IMG/VR virus record: IMGVR_UViG_3300038393_001027 | Span: 47,152 to 111,151 of that record | Origin: a virus | Direction: 5' to 3' (one strand) | DNA: 64,000 nt | Part shown: positions 47,701 through 54,899 of the stretch, in pieces | How the letters are laid out: every line of letters begins with the position of its first letter | Position numbering within the stretch: position 1 is the stretch's first letter | The notes under the pieces: model-generated | Seen by the model: the letters and a program-made list of their open reading frames with translations, nothing else | Database searches by the model: none | What the model was told of the DNA's origin: nothing | Position numbers and translations under genes: made by a program

Positions 47701-47876
47701 TAAGTCATGCCGGGCCATGCGGTCTCGGGCACGATGCGCCCCTTGTGCACGTAGACATGACGCCCGTGCATGGTCACCCAGTGTCCGCCGGGGTACTTGG
47801 ATGATAGTTCCTCACTGATGCCCTTCAGCAGGATGGCGCCCGGCACATAGGTGAGACCTTTGATCAGTAGTTGCAA
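44799..47876 (-). CDS. SNF2-family ATPase with DUF5710/HARP-like N-terminal domains; putative capsid cargo
   Basis: YQ..GV, GTGLGKT, DEAH, LTATPMMN, EGMNLQ, EQRLGRGYRQGQ. Confidence 0.9.
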   Translation of the reverse strand: MQLLIKGLTYVPGAILLKGISEELSSKYPGGHWVTMHGRHVYVHKGRIVPETAWPGMTYEHHTLAARKAREVMAEASSSTTATVRDTSGMGDKVEAILKQVEKQHGFGARGWLVIPKTLPGGAKNNTFEHKDQIKAMGGVWKENDESPGWHIPIKTDSGHAGQALGYLLKNNIKGAFRHDPKAPPYKGEPAGGPAQPGAPAASGPSGGISGAEWLAQKRKQIEEEQAGGLRPTVSFENGSYRIQMVGYNNNDKTHRSFKNAVAKTGAYYDSYPKPRWTLPGDMLPAKQLAGLVDKFGPLFSFDQSALDALKKDHPALHKQLTSQGDRAKAGELAQQVEDPVKIKSMKKGIKPHGYQWSGVHYLNTIEKGVLGFGTGLGKTLTSLLAAEKLKQEGKAKGPTVIVVPASRLGGWEREVHKFFDGKKVVKIDGGPEERKRLYKEAKKADYVVMSYAIMTNEGAQIKAALQNDIAIFDEAHYLKDPKSARSKAAFEHMSPKFTWWLTATPMMNKLDETYRAMEFMNPGVLGEKKRFVQKFAQYDTIPNLKGDGETKVVVGVKGNERENLRKLIAPYFFMLEKQDPRVKIAMPPKTHDVAVLDMDDSQKKLYGNLRGSMLEELQGMDGAAKVDMHMLTQLMRLEQIAIDPRLIDTPEALEGLGIKAANPVLKQIRTKGYASPKITEAADQIATNWERTNEENNYKGGKGTIVFGQSPRTLEFLKEQLKAEHGFRDSDFLYVQGSTSKKARDQAEIDFNAGKGKVILMTKAGTEGMNLQANSNMHIDLDYEWTPAAMEQRLGRGYRQGQESNFHHQQFEMADSIDQRKMSVLERKGKLIADVFGSDGSVDANKVSSKLTVADVLEMLGADAGAVAKARESYSKAKAAADERAAAKNAKAAAKSESEMAKTARTKVRAQDLGAAPVKAGKAAPAPEQAPAKPKTARQLNAERNAQIKAEGAAAMEKLYGKGSGSLGDSVMGKKPIIRDATTGKTTKSKKTGYEMAEAAATKKGTSSPTKKSSTSAKPKKGAK

Positions 47877-47881
47877 CGTTG

Positions 47882-49783
47882 TTACCCCCTTATGCGTTCC
47901 ATACGCTTGCGCCGGGCGTAGCTTGTGTGCCCCATCGACAGGTCAGCCAGCGCCTCTTCTGGGGTCCGGGCGCCCTCGCGTACGTCCCGCGCGGCCTCCA
48001 ACAACGTTCGACGGTTGCTGTTACCCAGCAAGCTGTGCACCTTAGGACCAAGCGCCCCAACGGCGTCCTGATGCAGGGCAGTCGGGCTGTTCCAGAAGTC
48101 CTTCGGGGTCCGGGCGCCCTTCAGCGTGTCCAACACGTGTTGGGCCGCCTCTTGATGCATCTGCCAGCCTTCCTTTGTCGGCAGAGGCTGGAAGTACTCG
48201 TCATCACCACTGTTTCCGACAACATGCGGCATGTCTTCAGCCTGATCATGCAGTGCCTGCAGAACAAACTTCTTCCACGCCACCTTCTCCTTCTTAGCGG
48301 CGTCAGCCAACATGGCCCGGCCATGGGCGCCCGAAGCCTTGGCAGGCTTAACACCAGACACTGCTCCTTGAATCCGGGCAAGCAACCCCTTGGGCGACGT
48401 CGCGTCCTGTAAGAACGTCTGCAGGGATGCCAGTTCCGGATGCCCGGTCACATGTTTAAGCGCCTTGCCCGCCGCCGCCGACACAGCCGCTACGTCCTTC
48501 ATGGGTGCCCGACTGAATTCACCCAGCGCCGCATGAAGTGCTGTGGCCGTCTTCTCTGGGAGCATGTCAGCCGCGTCTGCAATGCTGGCACCCTTACGGA
48601 AGAAGGGCGATCGGGATGCCATGTGCTCCAGCGCCATGGCAAACTTGCCGTGTACAGCGGCTGGTAGGTTGGCGAAAGCCTTGTGTGCGGCCTCTTCGAT
48701 CTGATGCGCATGATTGAACTGGGACTGATCCGCCTTTACCTTGGCCTCACGGGCCTTGGCATCCTGCTGTGCCTCTGCTTCCCGTGCCTTCTGTACCTGC
48801 TCGCGGATCTTCTCAGCGACAGACTCCTTTGGTGTCTTATCAGCTTCAGTCAGAAGACCCTGCTGGCGGGCCAGTGCCCGGCACTTCGAGCACGTTAGCT
48901 GGTGAGCGTCGAACTTTAGACCATACGCCGGGGCTAGGGCGCCAGCGGCATGCACATCAACGCCCCGTACACCGTCAACTTGAAGCGTGCCTACACACGT
49001 GAAGCCGTCCGTGGTCTTGCGTGTCGCCTTGTCCTCGATGCGCTCACCAACCTTGTTACCCTTGGAGTCCCGCAGATGGATGACGTCACGTGAGTCACAG
49101 TACTCCACCTTGATCATGTGGACTTCACTGCCAGCCTTCCCATAGACGCCTAAGAACGTCCCCCGGTGAAGCTCGGGGTAGTTACCGTCAGCGTCTTGGT
49201 AACGCCGCCAACGGCGCCCGCTAACTTCGTCTTCGTACGTGTGCGGATAAGCCTTCAGCTTCAGCTTGCTAAGGTCAGATACACCCTGCAAGGCACCTGT
49301 CGGCCGCTCCTCCGGCTTCAGGTTGGCGAACGGGTCGCCCTTTGCGCCCTTGATGTTGACCTTGGTCGTGACCAGTGCCGTCGTCCCCTTAGACGTGGCT
49401 TTAGCCGGGGCCTTCGTGGCGCCCGGCTTCTTCTTTTCAGCTATGGTCTTCTTGGCCGCCTTGGGGTCCGGGGCCAGTTCAGGCTCGCCCCGGCGCTCGG
49501 CCAGCCGCTGAAGACGTCCCTTGGCCTTGTCTGGCTCCGGTTTGGCGGTCTTTGTCGCGGCCTTGGCCTTGACCGCCTTCGCAGGCTCGGCCTTGGCCTT
49601 GGTAGAGGGCGCCGTCTCCGGCGCCACCTTGCCATTCTTCATGATGTAGACGTGGCGCCCCCGTTCCGTCACCCAGTGCCCGCCGGGGTACTTGGCCTCC
49701 ATCTCCTTGCCGATGCCAGAGGACCGGGCGCCCTTGATGAGGTCCAGAGGGATGGTGTCGAAGCCCTTGATCAGCAGGCGCAC
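47882..49783 (-). CDS. unknown protein with PGGHWVT tag; putative capsid cargo
   Basis: 633 aa; LLIK/G and DLIK/G, then KYPGGHWVTERGRHVYI; Lys/Ala linker; Cys/His cluster. Confidence 0.8.
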   Translation of the reverse strand: MRLLIKGFDTIPLDLIKGARSSGIGKEMEAKYPGGHWVTERGRHVYIMKNGKVAPETAPSTKAKAEPAKAVKAKAATKTAKPEPDKAKGRLQRLAERRGEPELAPDPKAAKKTIAEKKKPGATKAPAKATSKGTTALVTTKVNIKGAKGDPFANLKPEERPTGALQGVSDLSKLKLKAYPHTYEDEVSGRRWRRYQDADGNYPELHRGTFLGVYGKAGSEVHMIKVEYCDSRDVIHLRDSKGNKVGERIEDKATRKTTDGFTCVGTLQVDGVRGVDVHAAGALAPAYGLKFDAHQLTCSKCRALARQQGLLTEADKTPKESVAEKIREQVQKAREAEAQQDAKAREAKVKADQSQFNHAHQIEEAAHKAFANLPAAVHGKFAMALEHMASRSPFFRKGASIADAADMLPEKTATALHAALGEFSRAPMKDVAAVSAAAGKALKHVTGHPELASLQTFLQDATSPKGLLARIQGAVSGVKPAKASGAHGRAMLADAAKKEKVAWKKFVLQALHDQAEDMPHVVGNSGDDEYFQPLPTKEGWQMHQEAAQHVLDTLKGARTPKDFWNSPTALHQDAVGALGPKVHSLLGNSNRRTLLEAARDVREGARTPEEALADLSMGHTSYARRKRMERIRG

Positions 49784-49796
49784 CGGGATCCCCTCC

Positions 49797-50168
49797 TTAG
49801 TACTGCCGATGCACGTACAGCGCCAGCGTGCCTGCCGTAGGCGCCGCCGCCGGAACGAGCTTCAGCCGGATGTACGGATACGCCCGGCCCAGCTTGGGCA
49901 GGTCATCCGTGTCGATGACAGCGATGTTACCTACCGGGTTGGCCTCCACGTTGAAGGCCGCGCCTCGGGATGCCCATGGGCCGTTTACATCATGGGCGGC
50001 CTCCACCGAGACATTCAGGGCCGCATCCAACGTGTCCAGCAGGAAGAGCGAAGCCGCCTTCACGTCAGTGAAAACGATCGGCTGGGTGTAGATGGGGTTG
50101 GTGTTGCGCGGGGAAAGGGTCGTGGTCTCACCGAAGTTGTAGAACGTCTGCAGGACAGTGCTCGACAT
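49797..50168 (-). CDS. small beta-rich virion protein (decoration-like)
   Basis: AAGGAGG RBS; YPYIRLKL...PTAGTL jelly-roll-like pattern. Confidence 0.65.
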   Translation of the reverse strand: MSSTVLQTFYNFGETTTLSPRNTNPIYTQPIVFTDVKAASLFLLDTLDAALNVSVEAAHDVNGPWASRGAAFNVEANPVGNIAVIDTDDLPKLGRAYPYIRLKLVPAAAPTAGTLALYVHRQY

Positions 50169-50170
50169 GG

Positions 50171-51721
50171 TTAATGGCCCTCCTTGTTGGCTAGTTCCGC
50201 TTGGGCGATGGCGCCCGTGTCGTCATTCTCGCCAGCTTCGTCAACAGCCTCTGCGATGCGGGCAGACAGAATAATGATTGGTACATGTTCGATGCCCAGT
50301 TCCAAAGCCGCATACCAGCGATGATGCCCATCTAGGATCATCCGGCTGAAGTCTACCAAGATGGGCGGCATGGCATCTCCTCTCTGGAAGGCCTCACGTA
50401 CCTTTACCAGTTTCGCCGGATTGAGCATCGGGATTTGGTTCTTGTTCGCCCCCAGCGTTTGCGGCGGTACCCAGCAGTTGTAGTAGGGCAGAACAGCCAA
50501 CCGATCTTCAAGATCTAGGTTGTAGTCAAGTCCCTTTACCAGCACGTCCGGGCGCCCGAAGAAGCTCTTGAGGGCCTGCCGCTCCATCAGGATCTCTTCC
50601 GGCGTCTTCAGGTCGATCCGGCCGTCCGGGGTCACCTTCATGAACTTGGGATTGAACCACTGCCAGCGGCAACGGCAGTTGGGGTGGGCCGGAATGCATG
50701 GGATCCAGTCCTTCTTCCGGCGGCCATAGTTGGTCTTGCCGATCCAGACCTCGCGCCACGGGTCGCCGGGCGCCCGGACCACCTTGAAGACCTTGCCGTG
50801 AATGTGCTCCCGGCACCACTCACAGGCGGTCCCGTCCGACTGGCCGATCACCCAGTCGCCCTCTTTGAGGGTAGCAAGGTAGCCGTTCGACATGCACTCA
50901 GCCAGTTCTGTGATGGCGATGCGGCGCCAATCCCGGTTAAACTCGCCCAACTGGTTGAGCAGGGCCTGCCGAAGCTCGTCTGGGGTCCAGCGCCCCCGGC
51001 GGGCCTCGATGACCAGTGACCGCACCTTCTGAATCACGTACTGATTCTGGGTGGCAATCTTTTCTCCTGCATGAAGTTGCGCCCACTTGATGGCTTCTTC
51101 CTCAAGGTTCGTCATGGGCAGTACGGGCTGGTCTGGGGCGCCCTTGTCAGCCCGCAGGCGGTACTCCTTGCCCGGCTGGGGCGCAGGCATCTGCTTGCGG
51201 GCACTGACGGTCACAGGTAGCTCCGGCATGAAGATCTGGGGGAGCTTCCGGCCCGCCCGGTCAAAGGCGCTCATCAGGGCGGCCAGTGCGTCAGCCTTGA
51301 TGATGTAGCGGTCGGCCAGCGTTGCGTTCTTGGCGAGCCCCTTGCGCAGGAGCTTCTCAATCTCGGCCAACTCAGCGGCGGTCCATGCCTTTCCGTCCCG
51401 CAGGTACTTGATGACGGACTTGGGCAGGTACTTGTAGCGCATCAGGTCGTCATGGGCGCCCTTGCTCAGGTTGATGGTGATGCCCTTGCCCAGCGGCTCA
51501 GGGCTGTGCATACCGTCTGAGTCAAAGTGCAGGGCTTCAGGCGGGGCGCCCAGTCCCAACTGATCGATCAAGTGCATGATGGTGACTGTGGTCGCATCCA
51601 TGAACTCCATGTAGGTGGCGTCTTCCAGATCAGCCCATGCAGGGTGCTGGTCGTTGCGTGTCCAGATACCCCCTAGGGTATCATCTAAGGTACTCAACGT
51701 GACTCCAAACGGATATGGCAT
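50171..51721 (-). CDS. MuF/gp7-like head morphogenesis protein with C-terminal ParB-like domain
   Basis: RIAITE, CEWC, PAHPNCRC; PPILVD...ILDGHHR. Confidence 0.88.
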   Translation of the reverse strand: MPYPFGVTLSTLDDTLGGIWTRNDQHPAWADLEDATYMEFMDATTVTIMHLIDQLGLGAPPEALHFDSDGMHSPEPLGKGITINLSKGAHDDLMRYKYLPKSVIKYLRDGKAWTAAELAEIEKLLRKGLAKNATLADRYIIKADALAALMSAFDRAGRKLPQIFMPELPVTVSARKQMPAPQPGKEYRLRADKGAPDQPVLPMTNLEEEAIKWAQLHAGEKIATQNQYVIQKVRSLVIEARRGRWTPDELRQALLNQLGEFNRDWRRIAITELAECMSNGYLATLKEGDWVIGQSDGTACEWCREHIHGKVFKVVRAPGDPWREVWIGKTNYGRRKKDWIPCIPAHPNCRCRWQWFNPKFMKVTPDGRIDLKTPEEILMERQALKSFFGRPDVLVKGLDYNLDLEDRLAVLPYYNCWVPPQTLGANKNQIPMLNPAKLVKVREAFQRGDAMPPILVDFSRMILDGHHRWYAALELGIEHVPIIILSARIAEAVDEAGENDDTGAIAQAELANKEGH

Positions 51722-51744
51722 GGGGTCTTCCTCCTCTGTCTGCA

Positions 51745-52130
51745 GATAAACCCTTGAAAGGCTACGGACTGGTGCGATTTGACGATTTCACTTTTGAAAA
51801 TGGCCCCCCTACCCCCTGAGGTACAAAATAAAAAACGCCGGGGATTTTTATTTTTATTTTTCACGGCTCAGAAGCGACGAAGTGTGCGCCCCTCAAAGTT
51901 GCCGTGTTCGTAGACTTTCAAAGGGTAATGATCTCACCGCTCGCCGAAAAGGTAGTACCGTACCCCGGCCCGGCCCGAAACATACCCCCGGAGGGTACAG
52001 GAAGAGCCTAAGAGAATGCACACTGATGATGATAGATATGAATGATGATCTATCTCTATATCTATCTATATCTATCTATATATATCTATATATATAGATA
52101 TGCTGGAGTGTGTCAGAAAATTCTTGCGTA
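51745..52130. repeat. non-coding element B, inverted diverged homologue of 6965-7335
   Basis: Same ordered blocks on the opposite strand; TA/CTAT microsatellite at 52049-52101. Confidence 0.8.
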
Positions 52131-52141
52131 ATAAGGCAAAG

Positions 52142-52168
52142 GAAAAGGGGGCCGGGCGCCCGGCCCCC
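52142..52168 (-). terminator. intrinsic terminator
   Basis: GGGGGCCGG-GCGC-CCGGCCCCC followed by T4 on the minus strand. Confidence 0.7.
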
Positions 52169-52199
52169 TCCTACTTCGACGGGGTTCGCTTTGGGACCT

Positions 52200-52760
52200 T
52201 TAGACCGTGTGCCACGTGTTGCACTGCCACTCGGCCGGGATTTGGTCACCGCTGTGCCACGTGTGCACGACGGCGCCGCCTTCGTACAGCTTCATGGTCA
52301 GGGCGCCGTTCTCGGTCACATAGATGAGGTACTTCCCGACAGGCCAGCCGTTAGCGGCAACCTTCGTGCCCACCGGGTTGTAGAGCAGACCCAGCAGGGT
52401 GTTGATGCCGTCCGGGCCGTTCGCCACGGTGCCATACTCGTTCACCGTCACCGTTACCCAGCCCTCGTCGGACAGCGGGTAGTTGGTGGTGTCGATGATC
52501 TCATCCGTGGTGTTGGTTGCCGTAGCACTGGCGCCCATCGTGCTCGGCTGGGTACCCGTGTTGATCGGAGCGCAAGGCGTCCACGGGGTGGCGACGTCAG
52601 GCGGGTAGTCGTTCGGGCGCATCCAGATGATCTCGGTGCCCGTGTTGGGGTCGGCGGCGATGTGCAGGACGGTGAAGTTGGTGTTGCAGACCTCACTCGC
52701 GCGGGCCACGGTGGCGCCGTTCTGCATGGCGGCAACGGCGGCAAGGAAGCTAAGGCTCAT
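52200..52760 (-). CDS. divergent DUF2829/Tad2-like protein (two repeats)
   Basis: SFLAAVAAMQNGATVAR...EGWVTV and GTKVAANGWPVGKYL...NTWHTV. Confidence 0.6.
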   Translation of the reverse strand: MSLSFLAAVAAMQNGATVARASEVCNTNFTVLHIAADPNTGTEIIWMRPNDYPPDVATPWTPCAPINTGTQPSTMGASATATNTTDEIIDTTNYPLSDEGWVTVTVNEYGTVANGPDGINTLLGLLYNPVGTKVAANGWPVGKYLIYVTENGALTMKLYEGGAVVHTWHSGDQIPAEWQCNTWHTV

Positions 52761-52808
52761 GGTTCGTTCGACCTCCCTATGTGCTACTTCAGGGGCCGGG
52801 GCGCCCGG

Positions 52809-53339
52809 TTAGCTGATGACCTCAACCCAGTCGGTGGCGATGGTGTCCAGATGGGTGCTGACCCATGGTACGAAGCCGTCATCAGGCGTCTTCAGCCCGA
52901 TGAACGCCTTCTTCGCCAGCGGCGCCGCTGACGCCAGAGTCGTTGACCAGCTTGCCGGATCGACAAGCACGATCCACTGGTTGGGGTTGTTCCAACCCAG
53001 TCGTTTCAGGCGGGATCCACGGCCCAGTCGCCGGATGGCCTCCTGAAAATTGAACTGCTCCGTTGGGGTGGGTGTTGCGTTGGGGTTGGGGATGATCACC
53101 CAGTCTGTGCGCTGGGTGTCCTCCGCTAGGGACTTATCCATGGTTCCGGCCGGAAGGACAACGGCGGTCTGCTCAACGAAGTTGGTCACCTTGGCAAGTT
53201 GGGGCGCTGGGGTGACCCACTGCCCATTCACGAAGACGGGGTTCCCCTGCTTGGCGATGAGGTACGTACCTACGTTCCACGTGGGCCGGGCCACGCGCTG
53301 GCCGCCAAAGACGGAGTTGATGGCTTCAGTCCAGTTCAT
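52809..53339 (-). CDS. tandem DUF2829/Tad2-like anti-defence protein (two repeats)
   Basis: FNFQEAIRRL.RG.RLKRLGWN...FIGLKT.D...VPWVST.LD.IATDW, plus an N-terminal copy. Confidence 0.8.
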   Translation of the reverse strand: MNWTEAINSVFGGQRVARPTWNVGTYLIAKQGNPVFVNGQWVTPAPQLAKVTNFVEQTAVVLPAGTMDKSLAEDTQRTDWVIIPNPNATPTPTEQFNFQEAIRRLGRGSRLKRLGWNNPNQWIVLVDPASWSTTLASAAPLAKKAFIGLKTPDDGFVPWVSTHLDTIATDWVEVIS

Positions 53340-53359
53340 TCGATCGACCCCCTACAACG

Positions 53360-53392
53360 AAAAAAGGCGCCCCGGCCATGCCTAGGGCGCCC
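53360..53392 (-). terminator. probable intrinsic terminator
   Basis: GGCGCCC/GGGCGCC stem followed by T6 on the minus strand. Confidence 0.5.
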
Positions 53393-53432
53393 GTTGTCGG
53401 TAAGTTTCGACCTTAACGACTTTGTTCCTGCT

Positions 53433-54191
53433 TCACTCCACAGGCGAATTTGCTTCAGGGTCGTCTGGCACAGTTTCCCACTGGATGCTATGCCAAGCCT
53501 TGGGCCAGAACTCACCTTCAGGAATGGAGTTCACGATGTCGCCGTTCTCCACAACATCGACGTACCATTTGCCCGTCTCATGACGGAGGCCCAGCCAGTA
53601 GCCACTGGGGCCGCCTGCAGGACGTGCCTTCTTGCCATCCGTCAAGATCTGTCGGAGCTTCTCGCAGTTGGACGCTCCGTCAGGGACAACACCGTTTTCA
53701 TCAGCCTTCACAACATGCCAGCCGCGCCCGTGTAGACTGGGGCCATAGGGGAATAAGCCACGCCATGGCCGCAGTTCGTCGGGGTGGCCGTTCAGGCGCT
53801 CCATGATGATGGGGTAGCCGCCTTCCATGGGTGCCTTGATGCACAAGACGGTGAAGAACTGGTGCACAGACCAGTCCTCGTGGCTGATCAGGGCGCCCAG
53901 CTTCATGGCCTCGATGGCTTCAAGGAAGCTCATGTTCTCGGTGGGCAGGGGCGGTGGCATCTCCTTCAGGAGGATGGGCGCTTGGTAGGCCTCCCAGTCA
54001 CCCGGACCATCCAACAGAACATCCGGGTCGATGGCATAGGCTGATGACCACTCCCAGCAGGCCTTCTCTCTATCATAGAGTCGGACGGCGGAGATGTCGG
54101 TGGCTCGTTCCAGCCGCTTACCGGGCGCCCACGATGTGTGACGGACTGGGGTGCCACTCGATAACAGGTTTCGTGCTTCTTGCCAGTTCAC
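53433..54191 (-). CDS. DUF2829/Tad2-like protein (three repeats)
   Basis: MNWQEA..LL..G..VR...W...DWE; MSFLEAIEAMKLG..I....W...PW...GW; third degenerate copy. Confidence 0.65.
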   Translation of the reverse strand: MNWQEARNLLSSGTPVRHTSWAPGKRLERATDISAVRLYDREKACWEWSSAYAIDPDVLLDGPGDWEAYQAPILLKEMPPPLPTENMSFLEAIEAMKLGALISHEDWSVHQFFTVLCIKAPMEGGYPIIMERLNGHPDELRPWRGLFPYGPSLHGRGWHVVKADENGVVPDGASNCEKLRQILTDGKKARPAGGPSGYWLGLRHETGKWYVDVVENGDIVNSIPEGEFWPKAWHSIQWETVPDDPEANSPVE

Positions 54192-54694
54192 TTGCGCTTA
54201 CCTCCCTGTACTTCTCGGCGGAATCGGAGAGGGACCGCTTCGGCATAGGTCCGGGGCGCCCGGTACTGGGGCTCGAACTCCTTGATCACGGCGGCCTTGC
54301 AGGCGTTCATATCTGAGAATCTCAGCGCGTCCACCTCAGAGCGGCCAACTGCCCGGTGCTTGTAGATAACGCTGGTATGGGTCAGGTTGGCGAGGTCAAA
54401 ACCGCAGAACAGGTCTTCGTGTTGCAGGTTGATGGTACGTGTGTTGCCCATGCGCATCTCACCCGGCGGTAGGCTGGGATCGGTTCGGTAGCTGATGGAG
54501 AAGATGCGGTTCTCTGCGCCAAAGTTGAAGACCGGGATGGCGTCCACGGCCTTGTGCCACATGGCCTGCCACTCCTGCCGGAATCGCTCGCGCTCTTCTG
54601 GGGTCAGCGTTACCTGTACCATGCGCGGATGCGCCATTTCCCGCATGAACTGCTCGATGGGGCTGGGTCCCCAGATGGGTCTGTCCTCGCTCAC
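54188..54694 (-). CDS. hypothetical protein
   Basis: AAGGAGG RBS after a leader hairpin. Confidence 0.7.
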   Translation of the reverse strand: MSEDRPIWGPSPIEQFMREMAHPRMVQVTLTPEERERFRQEWQAMWHKAVDAIPVFNFGAENRIFSISYRTDPSLPPGEMRMGNTRTINLQHEDLFCGFDLANLTHTSVIYKHRAVGRSEVDALRFSDMNACKAAVIKEFEPQYRAPRTYAEAVPLRFRREVQGGKRK

Positions 54695-54749
54695 AGTGTA
54701 GCCTCCTTCATGGTACAGGGGCCGGGTTTGTGCTCGGCCCCTGTGGTGC

Positions 54750-54899
54750 TTAGAGTCGGTGTGCCGCCGCCCAGAAGGCGTACAGGGTGCCTAACCATGG
54801 GGCCTCGGATGATCCACGTCCGGTGACCGGATCCTCCCCCCAGCGCCGCAGGATCTCTGTCTGTTGCGCTGGGGGGAGCAGGGACCAGATGGTTGCCAT
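54750..54899 (-). CDS. small hypothetical protein (49 aa)
   Basis: TAATG stop/start overlap with the upstream gene; below the ORF-track length cut-off. Confidence 0.4.
   Translation of the reverse strand: MATIWSLLPPAQQTEILRRWGEDPVTGRGSSEAPWLGTLYAFWAAAHRL

Noticed and set aside
6965-52130. Elements A and B as ends of an invertible segment or transposon
   Set aside because: The copies are too diverged, no recombinase or transposase is in the window, and gene orientation is the same inside and outside.
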